Shown here piece after piece: positions 20,238-29,659 of a stretch of 64,000 nt of DNA. Every line of letters begins with the position of its first letter. Positions within the stretch are counted from its first letter, which is position 1. This stretch comes from Alphaproteobacteria bacterium (GTDB lineage Bacteria > Pseudomonadota > Alphaproteobacteria > RF32 > CAG-239). The notes beneath the pieces are model-generated. The model did not search any database and had not been told where the DNA came from. It saw only the letters and a program-made list of their open reading frames with translations. The position numbers were made by a program, and so were the translations under genes. The DNA lies in assembly GCA_045643605.1 (NCBI GenBank), contig JAZULC010000010.1, positions 96,573 through 160,572 on the forward strand, in the 5' to 3' direction.

Positions 20238-21917
20238 ATGTCATCTTATCAGTATGTTTTTGTAATGCAAAATTTAAGTAAAGTTTTCCCTGGAGGAAAG
20301 GAACTTTTCAAGGGTATTACACTTTCTTTTTTACCTGGAGCAAAAATAGGTGTCTTGGGAGTTAATGGAGCAGGTAAATCAACTTTATTAAAAATCATGG
20401 CCGGTGTTGATAAGGACTTTAACGGGGAAGCATGGCCTGCAGAGGGTATAAAAATAGGTTATCTTGAGCAAGAACCTAAACTTGATGCAACAAAAAATGT
20501 CATTGAAAACATTATGGATGGTTTGGGAGATATTCGTGATTTGCTCAAGAAATTTGAAGAAATTTCTTTAAAATTTGCTGAGCCAATGTCTGATGATGAA
20601 ATGAATACTCTTATTGAACAACAAGCAGAATTACAAGAAAAAATAGATGCGTGTAACGGCTGGGATTTTGAAAGAACAATAGAAATTGCTATGGATGCTT
20701 TACGATGTCCTGATAAAACTGCAGATGTAACAAAACTTTCCGGTGGAGAAAGACGTCGCGTTGCTTTATGTAGATTACTTTTGCAAAAACCTGACATGTT
20801 GTTGTTGGATGAACCAACAAATCACCTTGACGCAGAGTCGGTCGCATGGCTTGAAAAATATTTGCAAGATTATAAAGGGACTGTCGTTATGGTTACCCAC
20901 GACCGATACTTTTTGGATAACGTTACCGGTTGGATTTTAGAATTAGACAGAGGACAGGGCATTCCTTATGAAGGAAATTATTCTTCTTGGTTGGAACAAA
21001 AACAAAAAAGAATTGAACAAGAAGAAAAAGAAGAATCTTCTCGCCAGCGCATTTTAGCTAATGAGTTGGAATGGATTCACAAAAATCCCAAAGCTCGTCA
21101 GGCAAAATCAAAGGCCAGAATAAATGCTTACGAAGAATTGCTCAATGAAGCATCTAAAGATAAAATTACGCAGGCATATATTAACATTCCTATGACAGAT
21201 CGTCTGGGCGATTTAGTTATTGAAGCAAATAATATTTCTAAAGGTTTCGGAGATAAGTTGCTTATAGATAATCTTTCTTTCAAAATTCCAAAGGGTGCTA
21301 TTGTTGGAATTATCGGACCTAACGGAGCAGGAAAAACTACCTTGTTTAAACTTATTACCGGACAAGAAAAACCGGATTCCGGCACAATTCGTATAGGAGA
21401 TACCGTTGATTTAGGATATGTTGATCAAACCAGAGACGAACTTTCTGATGACAAAACTGTTTGGCAAGAAATATCTGATGGACTTGATATAATTGAGTTA
21501 GGTAAAAAACAAATGTCTTCTCGTGCATATGTCGGACAATTTAATTTTAAAGGCACAGACCAACAGAAAAAAGTCGGACAACTTTCCGGAGGAGAACGCA
21601 ATCGCGTACATTTAGCTAAAATGTTACGCAAGGGTGCAAATGTAATTATGCTTGACGAACCTACAAATGATTTAGATGTAGATACATTACGTTCATTAGA
21701 AGAAGGTATTATGGCATATCCCGGATGCGTGCTTGTTACATCTCACGACAGATGGTTTTTGGATCGTTTAGCTACACACATATTGGCTTATGAAGGCGAT
21801 TCTCAAGTTGTTTGGTTTGAAGGTAACTTTGAAGAATACGAAAAAGATAAAAAGCGCCGTCTCGGAGAAAGCGCTTGTAATCCTCATGCTATTCACTATA
21901 AACCTTTAACAAGATAA
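20238..21917 (+). CDS. ettA: energy-dependent translational throttle protein EttA (ABC-F ATPase)
   Basis: Two ABC cassettes ([23 protein letters not shown] and a second set), arm/linker region, about 555 aa as in EttA. Confidence 0.9.
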   Translation: MSSYQYVFVMQNLSKVFPGGKELFKGITLSFLPGAKIGVLGVNGAGKSTLLKIMAGVDKDFNGEAWPAEGIKIGYLEQEPKLDATKNVIENIMDGLGDIRDLLKKFEEISLKFAEPMSDDEMNTLIEQQAELQEKIDACNGWDFERTIEIAMDALRCPDKTADVTKLSGGERRRVALCRLLLQKPDMLLLDEPTNHLDAESVAWLEKYLQDYKGTVVMVTHDRYFLDNVTGWILELDRGQGIPYEGNYSSWLEQKQKRIEQEEKEESSRQRILANELEWIHKNPKARQAKSKARINAYEELLNEASKDKITQAYINIPMTDRLGDLVIEANNISKGFGDKLLIDNLSFKIPKGAIVGIIGPNGAGKTTLFKLITGQEKPDSGTIRIGDTVDLGYVDQTRDELSDDKTVWQEISDGLDIIELGKKQMSSRAYVGQFNFKGTDQQKKVGQLSGGERNRVHLAKMLRKGANVIMLDEPTNDLDVDTLRSLEEGIMAYPGCVLVTSHDRWFLDRLATHILAYEGDSQVVWFEGNFEEYEKDKKRRLGESACNPHAIHYKPLTR

Positions 21918-21926
21918 AGCTATAAT

Positions 21927-22370
21927 TTATAAGTCAATTACGTCTGTTAAAAGAAAGTTTTCATCATAAATGAATCTTCTTTTAACAAATTTTCCCGCCA
22001 AAATTTCAGGTAGAAAATTGCTATCTGCTTGGCGCATTTTATCGTATGGAACTTTATCACAATCAACCCAAAAAGCGCTCACTTCTCCATCATGCGCGGT
22101 AACATCGCCTGAAAATTTTGTACTCTTAAATATATATACATAAAAATCCTGATTTGGAAATTCAATATATCCGACTTGTACAGGATTTTCTATGATAATT
22201 CCGGTTTCTTCCATGGTTTCTCTTTTGACGCAATCAATCATCGTTTCGCCTTCTTCCATTTTTCCGCCAGGAAAATTTACATAACCTTTATTTATGCCAC
22301 GCTGATGTTTAATCATTAAAAATTTATGATTAACAGTATCTTCAATAATAGATAATGATGCTTTTTTCAT
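21927..22370 (-). CDS. NUDIX hydrolase
   Basis: Nudix box GGKMEEGETMIDCVKRETMEETGI. Confidence 0.75.
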   Translation of the reverse strand: MKKASLSIIEDTVNHKFLMIKHQRGINKGYVNFPGGKMEEGETMIDCVKRETMEETGIIIENPVQVGYIEFPNQDFYVYIFKSTKFSGDVTAHDGEVSAFWVDCDKVPYDKMRQADSNFLPEILAGKFVKRRFIYDENFLLTDVIDL

Positions 22371-22515
22371 ATTGAGTCCTTCAAAAATATTTATGGTATT
22401 TTTTGTACAACAATATTCTCATACTTGCAATATAATATATTCAAATATGTTTTAATTTAATAAAGGCAGATTAGTTAATAATCTGCCTTATTGTGTAATA
22501 TGATAATTATATCAA

Positions 22516-24366
22516 TTAAAAGCCGTCTTTTTCTATACAGTCAGCAGATGCACATCTTTGTAAAACCATTGTTTTACGTTTTCCGTTGAGACCTTTAACG
22601 TTCATTGTAGGTATATAAAAATCGCGAACAATTACATTAAATGTTGTAAATCCAACATTTCCTGCCTCATCAGTAGCATATACTTTTATGATATATTCTC
22701 CACCATCGTTAGGATAAGCTCTTCCGGTAAAAGTTCTGGTATTAGCATCATATTTTATCCAACTTGGTAAAGGTGCATCGTTAGACAATCCAGCTTTAGT
22801 AGAAACATCACCTTTCCATTTAATTCCTTTAAATGCATCATCAGGAAGTGTATAAGTAAAAGCTTTTCCTGTTTCTACAGATAAATCTGTACTTTTTTTA
22901 GTTAAATTTACTGGTGGACGTTTTGAAGGAATTTCCATCAAATAAGGGCGACTTGAAGGAAGTAAATCGCCTTCATACCATTTTTGCAAAGTTTCTTGTA
23001 AAGAAATAGCTATCTTTGAAGGTTTTTCTCCAAGCATATAATATGGTATTGCATCAAGACCTATAGTAGCATATAAGTTACCTAAAGAATCCTGCAAATC
23101 AACATAAGATAAAAATGCTTTCGTTTCGTCTTCAATAGCTCTTGCAGCTTCTAACTGACTTTTTTGATCTTGTACACCGTCAGATAATGACATATCTTCT
23201 GCAATATTTTCTGAAGTATTTGCTAACTCTGTTTTAAGTTGATAAGCCTCGGTTGCAGCATTATATCTTGCCCAAGAAACATAAACTTGACTTAAAATTA
23301 AGTTTGTCATTCTTTGTCTGCGCAAAGTAACCAAATCTTCTGAATTAAGATTATTTACATCTTCAAAAACGGTTCTACCCATATCACGAGCATTGCGAAC
23401 CAGCATTTTATTGTAATATTCTGGATCTTTAGAAGAAGCAATTTGATTTTCACTATTATACTCTTTAATTACAAGTTGCAAATCTTCTCCGGAAACGAGT
23501 AAATCTTGAGTTTTTAATTCCGGACGATTTGTTAATGCCAACCATTCCAATTGTGCTAAATCGGCTTTCATTTGCGGTAATGCAAAATTGCCGTATTCAG
23601 GTCCGACAAGTTTATATTGAGTAGACGGGTGGAAACCCATTAAACTTGCCAAACGAACTTCTGCAGTTTCCATATTTCTTTTTAATTTTGTCAGTTTATC
23701 TATTGATTCTATGTATTTTCTCTTTTGCAACATAGTTTCTCTTGAAATATTTTCACCTTTTTGGGCTAATTCTTTTTCTTGAGCATTTATTTCATCAACA
23801 TGCAATGTCATATATTCTGACATATCATCAATTGTTGGCAACAATCTTTGAGCTGTAAGTGTTTGCCAATATAATACTCTGGTTTCTTGTAAAATATTAT
23901 GGATAACCTTGCGACTCTGTTCAAAAGCAACATTCGCCTTAAAAGCAGGATCAGCATTTTGATAATATAACAAAGATACATCAAGAACATTCCAAGCTGC
24001 TTTCAAATCTGCGCTGGTTTCAGAAATATCTTTTAATTCCACATATCCGGCATTGCTGATAATTTCCGGCAACTGGTTGAAAGATGACTTTCCTGCACGA
24101 ATCAAACTTTCTTCGTAACTCATCATCCTTCTGGTATAGTTATATTTCAAAGCTAAAGCCATAACCATATACATATCTAAAGGTTTTTCTATCTTTCTGG
24201 GTGTGCGTACAAACATATTTTGCATATCTGTATCAGCACGAACAGCTCTATCCCAGTCTTGATAATAAGCAGGGTCAGGGATTCGTTTCACTTGACGTTC
24301 GGCATTATTGACCTCACAAGCTGTTACGGCTAATATGCCAGCGATAATTGTTATAATTTTTTTCAT
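22516..24366 (-). CDS. TolC/OMF-like outer membrane lipoprotein with C-terminal cadherin-like/Ig-like domain
   Basis: Lipobox LAVTAC, long coiled-coil and beta repeats like outer membrane efflux proteins. The C-terminal 100 aa resembles a dystroglycan-type cadherin-like Ig fold (KAFTYTLPDDAF...YIIKVYATDEAGN...FNVIV). Confidence 0.5.
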   Translation of the reverse strand: MKKIITIIAGILAVTACEVNNAERQVKRIPDPAYYQDWDRAVRADTDMQNMFVRTPRKIEKPLDMYMVMALALKYNYTRRMMSYEESLIRAGKSSFNQLPEIISNAGYVELKDISETSADLKAAWNVLDVSLLYYQNADPAFKANVAFEQSRKVIHNILQETRVLYWQTLTAQRLLPTIDDMSEYMTLHVDEINAQEKELAQKGENISRETMLQKRKYIESIDKLTKLKRNMETAEVRLASLMGFHPSTQYKLVGPEYGNFALPQMKADLAQLEWLALTNRPELKTQDLLVSGEDLQLVIKEYNSENQIASSKDPEYYNKMLVRNARDMGRTVFEDVNNLNSEDLVTLRRQRMTNLILSQVYVSWARYNAATEAYQLKTELANTSENIAEDMSLSDGVQDQKSQLEAARAIEDETKAFLSYVDLQDSLGNLYATIGLDAIPYYMLGEKPSKIAISLQETLQKWYEGDLLPSSRPYLMEIPSKRPPVNLTKKSTDLSVETGKAFTYTLPDDAFKGIKWKGDVSTKAGLSNDAPLPSWIKYDANTRTFTGRAYPNDGGEYIIKVYATDEAGNVGFTTFNVIVRDFYIPTMNVKGLNGKRKTMVLQRCASADCIEKDGF

Positions 24367-24467
24367 TTTTTAGATCCTTAAAAATTTTATTACACGTGTT
24401 TAAAATTTAATAGTATTTTTATTTGATTTTATTCAAATTTAGTATAAAATAACACCAAATTATAAAT

Positions 24468-25259
24468 TTGAGGTTAAAATTTACAATGTTTGAAATATTT
24501 CATACAATTTTTCGATATAGAGAAAAAGAAAGCCCTGATGTGCTCGGTTTATACCCTGAAAAAGTACACGTGGATGCTATGCCGGAACGCCGTTATTTAT
24601 GGACATCAAGGGTTTTGGTAATCATTTCATTTATATGTATATGCCTGTGCATGATGCTTTCTTTATGTATATATATTATGATACCTCAGCGACAAGTGTC
24701 CCCAATTTTTTTAAGAATTAATGATTATTTTTCTCAATTAGAAGTTGTTCAGCCTGGAGAAATTAATTATCCGGTCAGCGATTTAGTAACCGAGGCCAAT
24801 GTTCGTGAATATATTTTGCGCAGATATTTAGTTACGGATGATTACGACGAAATGTTATCCCGTTGGCGAGTAGGTTCTATTTTTTATTGGTTTTCATCTC
24901 CAAGAATATATGCTGAATTCGCTGATGGAGAAGCATTAAATAACTTAAGACTTTTCCGTGAAAAATCTTTAATCAGAAGTGTAACCATACATTGGGCACG
25001 TCCTTTAGCTCAAAATTTATGGCAGGTTCAGTTTGAAACTATAGATGTTATTCCGGAAGAAGATATGCCAAAAACAACTATTTGGCGAGCAACACTACGT
25101 GTGGGTTATTTTGATATTCCTTTTTCTAAAAAAGATGATGCAATTTTGAATCCTTACGGATTTATGGTTATAGGATATTCTCTTGCCTTTCACAGCAATC
25201 CGGATTCTAATGCTTCTTATATGGAAACTGTTAAGAAACAAGCAGAAGACGAGTATTAA
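24468..25259 (+). CDS. virB8: VirB8-family type IV secretion system protein (orphan copy)
   Basis: Bitopic topology (cytoplasmic N-terminus, one TM, periplasmic NTF2-like domain). VirB8-like stretches ...NVREYILRRYLVTDDYDEM... and C-terminal NPYGF. Confidence 0.5.
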   Translation: MRLKFTMFEIFHTIFRYREKESPDVLGLYPEKVHVDAMPERRYLWTSRVLVIISFICICLCMMLSLCIYIMIPQRQVSPIFLRINDYFSQLEVVQPGEINYPVSDLVTEANVREYILRRYLVTDDYDEMLSRWRVGSIFYWFSSPRIYAEFADGEALNNLRLFREKSLIRSVTIHWARPLAQNLWQVQFETIDVIPEEDMPKTTIWRATLRVGYFDIPFSKKDDAILNPYGFMVIGYSLAFHSNPDSNASYMETVKKQAEDEY

Positions 25260-25330
25260 TATAAATCTGTTTGGTAAATAGAAAAATTACTTGATTTATA
25301 AAATTAAATAATATATAAGTCTTGTGTTTT

Positions 25331-25406
25331 AGGGGTATAGCTCAGTTGGTAGAGCATCGGTCTCCAAAACCGAGTGTCGTGAGTTCGAATCTTACTGCCC
25401 CTGCCA
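25331..25406 (+). tRNA. tRNA-Trp(CCA)
   Basis: 76-nt cloverleaf: AGGGGTA acceptor, anticodon loop cTCCAaa, GTTCGAATC T-loop, 3' CCA. Confidence 0.9.
25359..25405 (+). repeat. attL core (3' half of tRNA-Trp)
   Basis: 47/47 identical to 33829..33875. Confidence 0.75.
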
Positions 25407-25695
25407 ATAATATCAAGGCTTTGAAGGTTTTTCTTCAGAGCCTTTTTTATTTGCAGGGACACTGGTGGGACAACAAAAAATATAAAATACCAATAGATGC
25501 AAAAAATATTTTCTATTCAAAATCGGCTAAAAATATAAGGCTACGATGCCCGTAGTCCCCTAAATGTCCCTCAAAAATGCGGCTTTTAAAAATGTATAAT
25601 AATTTCAAATAGATATATAGTCTGTCATTCAGTTTGTTAATCTTGTTGACATTGTTTCTTATTTATTGTAGTCTATTTGTATCAACTAAGGAGAT

Positions 25696-26763
25696 ATGAA
25701 AATGGCTTCAATAGAAAAAAGAATAAGCAAAAAAGGTGTAGTTTCTTATAGGGTAAAAATAAGACTATACGGTTATCCGGTTCAAACAGCTACATTTGAG
25801 AAATTAACACTGGCTAAAGAATGGGCTTCGAAGACAGAAACGGAAATAAAAGAAGGCAGATATTTTAACAGGTTAAAATCCCAAAAATATACTGTTTCCG
25901 ACATCATTGAGAAATATAAAAAAATGTTGAAGGCACAAAATAAATACGCAAGTACAGACTTAACAGCTCATTTTAGATGGTGGCAAGAAAATATCGGTAA
26001 ATACAGTCTTGCTGAAGTAACACCGGCGCTTATATCTGATATGAAGAATAAATTGTTGACAGAGCAAAATTCCAGAGGGCAGAATCGCTCCCCTTCCACA
26101 GTTAATCGGTATTTGACCACAATGCAAGGTGTCTTTTCTGTCGCAGTTAAGGAGTGGGAGCTTATCGATATAAACCCATTTTTTAGAGTTAAAAAGCTCA
26201 AAGAACCACAAGGTCGTATCAGATTTTTAGAAAAAGACGAAATGGAAAGATTGCTGAAAGAGTGTAAGAAGGCCGCTAATCCGTATTTATATCCTGCGGT
26301 AATTGTTGCTCTATCTACAGGTGCGAGAAAAATGGAAGTTCTTAGCCTGAAATGGGAAAATGTAGATTTACCTAATGAGCGAGCAATTCTTCAGGATACA
26401 AAGAACGGAGAAAGAAGAAGTATAAATCTGATTGGCGAAGTCAATAGCATAATAAGCGAGCTATACCATAATCGAAAACCTGATGATGTTTATGTGTTTC
26501 CAAGTCAGGATGGCAAAAAGCCTTTTGACATCATGAGAAGCTGGAGAGCTGCAATAAAGCGAGCTGGAATAGAGAATTTTAGATTTCACGATTTAAGACA
26601 TACTACAGCAAGTTATTTAGCAATGAATGGGAAATCATTAGGTGAAATTGCTGATGTATTAGGACACAAAACGTTACAAATGGTCAAGCGATATGCCCAT
26701 TTGTCGGATGCGCATAAAAAATCGCTGACAGCAGATATGAATAAAACAATTTTTGGAGAGTAA
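25696..26763 (+). CDS. int: tyrosine-type site-specific integrase (phage integrase family)
   Basis: N-terminal SAM-like domain plus C-terminal catalytic domain with R...HDLRHT...Y (ARKMEV..., FHDLRHTTASYL, LGHKTLQMVKRYAH). Confidence 0.9.
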   Translation: MKMASIEKRISKKGVVSYRVKIRLYGYPVQTATFEKLTLAKEWASKTETEIKEGRYFNRLKSQKYTVSDIIEKYKKMLKAQNKYASTDLTAHFRWWQENIGKYSLAEVTPALISDMKNKLLTEQNSRGQNRSPSTVNRYLTTMQGVFSVAVKEWELIDINPFFRVKKLKEPQGRIRFLEKDEMERLLKECKKAANPYLYPAVIVALSTGARKMEVLSLKWENVDLPNERAILQDTKNGERRSINLIGEVNSIISELYHNRKPDDVYVFPSQDGKKPFDIMRSWRAAIKRAGIENFRFHDLRHTTASYLAMNGKSLGEIADVLGHKTLQMVKRYAHLSDAHKKSLTADMNKTIFGE

Positions 26764-26766
26764 GAA

Positions 26767-27426
26767 ATGAATAAAAATATTCCAGATTATACAAAACCAG
26801 ATGGGAAATGGGGATGGTTTCATTATTATAATCCGGTAAAAATAAATGCATTCAAAAATATTAATAAAATCGCTAACTCATATCATATAAGAGCTTTAAG
26901 CAAAATATTCAAAAACAAAAAAGAAATATCTTTAGATAAAATAAATCAATATATATCAGATGCAAATAAAGGCTGTATATATGAAGGCTATTCTGTAGAT
27001 AATTCTCCTATTCTTAATGTGTTATACTCACCTTTTCTGGATATCAAAATGAAAAATAGAAAGACTACACAGAAAGATATTGTAAGTTTATCACTATTTA
27101 TTTTGCTGTGCTTAGATGTTATAGTAAGGAACTCTAAGTATTTGTTTATAGATGATACAATAATAAAATCACATGATTTAATTTATGCATTAAAAGTAAT
27201 CGAACCGCGCTTAAATATAGAAAAGCAGCTAGGCAAAATTTATGGAGCAAACAAAAACAAGAGCAAAAGAGAAAAAATATTAGAAGACGCTAAAAAACAT
27301 GGCAGTGATTTTTGGCAAGGAGAAAGGAAGTATATTAGCAGAATAAATTTAATTATAGAAAAATATAAAGTTTGCGAAAACACCGCAAAAAAATATTATA
27401 AAGATATAAAAAAAATAATATCTTAG
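26767..27426 (+). CDS. hypothetical protein (island, immediately downstream of int)
   Basis: 219-aa Lys-rich ORF, 4-nt gap after int. No recognisable motif. Confidence 0.45.
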   Translation: MNKNIPDYTKPDGKWGWFHYYNPVKINAFKNINKIANSYHIRALSKIFKNKKEISLDKINQYISDANKGCIYEGYSVDNSPILNVLYSPFLDIKMKNRKTTQKDIVSLSLFILLCLDVIVRNSKYLFIDDTIIKSHDLIYALKVIEPRLNIEKQLGKIYGANKNKSKREKILEDAKKHGSDFWQGERKYISRINLIIEKYKVCENTAKKYYKDIKKIIS

Positions 27427-27433
27427 AAAAAAA

Positions 27434-27461
27434 TAGTTCCATTAGGCTTCCTATTGGAATT
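27434..27461 (+). terminator. possible hairpin terminator/operator after orf219
   Basis: ttccattagg-cttc-ctattggaa inverted repeat followed by a T-run. Confidence 0.3.
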
Positions 27462-27541
27462 GTTTTTATATATCAATAGTTCAAAATACACCTCAGAAAG
27501 TCACAATGGTTGTGGCTAAATAATAGTAAAAGAGGTGTAAA

Positions 27542-27751
27542 ATGGAATATCCAACATTACTGACAATAAATGATTTTTGCGCAAAGCATAAATTTTTGTC
27601 ACCTGCAGCCTTAAGAAATAAGATTTTTTATGCCAGTCAGAACGAAATGGCAAAATTTAAGGTAACTACTAAATTAGGTAAGCGAGTTTATATAAACGAA
27701 GCAAATTTTTTCAAATGGATTGAGGCTCTTAACGGAGGTAATCATGAATAA
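27542..27751 (+). CDS. alpA: AlpA-family phage transcriptional regulator / excisionase-like HTH protein
   Basis: 69-aa winged-HTH protein (LTINDFCAKHKFLSPAALRNKIF...). Good RBS. Position downstream of int. Confidence 0.6.
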   Translation: MEYPTLLTINDFCAKHKFLSPAALRNKIFYASQNEMAKFKVTTKLGKRVYINEANFFKWIEALNGGNHE

Positions 27752-27950
27752 TTTAACCCCATTAAAGGCCATAAAACTTCGCTGTATAGATTGTTCCGGC
27801 GATGACCATCCGCGTAAATGTGTTTCAAAAAATTGCGCTCTTTATCCATTTCGCCTAGGTAAAAACACTTTGCTTTCTAAAAGAAATGTAAGCGAAAAAC
27901 AAAGAGAAATATTGCTGAAAAACATTCAAAAAAGATGGGAGAAGAGATGA
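27744..27950 (+). CDS. small Cys4 zinc-finger protein (Ogr/Delta-like late activator candidate)
   Basis: Start MNNLTPLKAIKLRCIDCSGDDHPRKCVSKNCALY... gives C-x2-C-x9-C-x4-C, with a basic C-terminus. RBS GGAGG. Confidence 0.4.
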   Translation: MNNLTPLKAIKLRCIDCSGDDHPRKCVSKNCALYPFRLGKNTLLSKRNVSEKQREILLKNIQKRWEKR

Positions 27951-28588
27951 TGAAAAAAAAGGAAAGATTTTTTTGCAACTGCATTTCCGTCAATAATCAA
28001 TCAGAAAAGGGCTTTTCATATTTTAAAAGTATAGCTAAATCAAGCAAGTCTTTAGTAAATAATAATATAATATATAATTTAAATAACATAAATATACCAC
28101 GCTGGAAGGATTTAAGTAAAGTCCAAAAGGTTGAGTTGTTTTTTGATTATATCGTTGATATTAACTGGTACGCGATAACGTTAAGATTTTCAGATGAGTT
28201 CGTTAGAGGATGTATTCATAATTTAAAAATTACAGATTTTATTCGGCGGCGTATTAATGAGAATTTCAAAAATAGGCTCGGATATGTGCCGGAATATTTA
28301 TTTTGTATTGAGTTTGATAAGACAACTTTTCATATTCATGGAGCAATAAATTCCAATAACAATATAGACCTAATCAAAAAAATATTAAAAACTACAGCAT
28401 TTAATAAAATGTATCTTAAGTTGCCGGAACAATATAAACTTCGATGTGTGATGATTTACGATGCAAAAGGATGGAAGCAATACATTCTTAAAAATCGCAA
28501 TCACCCCAGATTTGATATTTATATTTGCCGAGAAATTACGCAAAAAACAAAAGATATTTACAATAAAAGATTGAAAAATTTTTATTAG
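27935..28588 (+). CDS. putative HUH-family rolling-circle replication initiator
   Basis: Three motifs in canonical order and spacing: YAITLRF (motif 1-like), FHIHGAI (HUH, motif 2), KQYILKN (catalytic Tyr, motif 3). Confidence 0.4.
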   Translation: MGEEMMKKKERFFCNCISVNNQSEKGFSYFKSIAKSSKSLVNNNIIYNLNNINIPRWKDLSKVQKVELFFDYIVDINWYAITLRFSDEFVRGCIHNLKITDFIRRRINENFKNRLGYVPEYLFCIEFDKTTFHIHGAINSNNNIDLIKKILKTTAFNKMYLKLPEQYKLRCVMIYDAKGWKQYILKNRNHPRFDIYICREITQKTKDIYNKRLKNFY

Positions 28589-28638
28589 ATAAAATTTTGC
28601 GATAAGCCATATATAGAAAATATATCAAGGAAAAAATC

Positions 28639-28854
28639 ATGAATAAAATATTGAAAGAAAATAGAGATATGAGCAGTATTTTGATTGAGTATTTAGAAAA
28701 TGCTGAAAACGGTAACAATCTCAAAGAGGAAATTGCTAAAGGTATAATAAAAAAAGCGATGGATGGTAATGTAAGAGCGTTTGAAACCATCGCTAAGTTT
28801 ATCGGAGAATATCCGGCATTAAAAAATATTTCTAAATTAGATAAAAATAGATAA
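28639..28854 (+). CDS. hypothetical small protein (71 aa)
   Basis: ORF with RBS inside the island. No motif. Confidence 0.4.
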   Translation: MNKILKENRDMSSILIEYLENAENGNNLKEEIAKGIIKKAMDGNVRAFETIAKFIGEYPALKNISKLDKNR

Positions 28855-28874
28855 ATTAGGCAAGAGGAATAAAG

Positions 28875-29486
28875 ATGATTTATGGATATGTGCGAGTTAG
28901 TACGGATAAGCAGGATTGCGAAAATCAAAAACTCGGGATAGAGCAAAAAGCAAAACAGCTTGGATTTACTATTGAAAAATACATAGAAGATGATGGAGTT
29001 TCCGGAACAAAAGAACCGGAAGAAAGACATTTGGGTAAAATACTAAAAAAAATACAGTATGGTGATGTAATTATATGCTCAGAACTCTCCAGATTAGGCA
29101 GAAAACTTTTTATGATTATGAGAATTTTGGAACATTGTATGAAGTGCGGAGCAAAAGTCTATACCGTAAAAGATAATTATGAGCTCGGAGATGATTTAGT
29201 TTCTAAAGTTTTGGCTTTTTCTTTTGGGCTTTCGGCAGAAATAGAGCGCAACCTTATAAGCCAGCGCACAAAAGAAGCTTTAGCAAGGAGGAAACTCTCC
29301 GGAAAGTACATCGGTCGTAAAAAGGGAAGTAAGAATTTACACTGCAAACTTGAAGGCAAAGACGACCAAATTAAAAAATTCCTAAATAGAAAAATATCTA
29401 AAAGCATGATTGCTAAAAACTTAAAAGTAAGCATACCTACACTTAATAAATATATTTGCGAGAAAAAACTTATAACGAAGGCTTAA
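28875..29486 (+). CDS. serine recombinase (resolvase/invertase family) with C-terminal HTH
   Basis: MIYGYVRVSTDKQD catalytic Ser motif, SRLGR, C-terminal HTH (SKSMIAKNLKVSIPTLNKYI). 203 aa, typical of Hin/Gin/Tn3-type enzymes. Confidence 0.85.
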   Translation: MIYGYVRVSTDKQDCENQKLGIEQKAKQLGFTIEKYIEDDGVSGTKEPEERHLGKILKKIQYGDVIICSELSRLGRKLFMIMRILEHCMKCGAKVYTVKDNYELGDDLVSKVLAFSFGLSAEIERNLISQRTKEALARRKLSGKYIGRKKGSKNLHCKLEGKDDQIKKFLNRKISKSMIAKNLKVSIPTLNKYICEKKLITKA

Positions 29487-29659
29487 ATTTGAAAAAATAA
29501 CAAACTTTAAATTTTGATACTTGATCATAAAATATTTGAAAAATAATAAATTTTTAGTTGCTATAATATAATTAATTATTTACTATAGGCACAAATAATT
29601 AGGGTTGGCTATTTTTTTATTTGCGGCAGCCCTTAGAGCTTTAAAATAGGGGTTGTGCT

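Noticed and set aside
25322-25555. 77-aa ORF overlapping tRNA-Trp
   Set aside because: Overlaps the tRNA gene and att core. No RBS.
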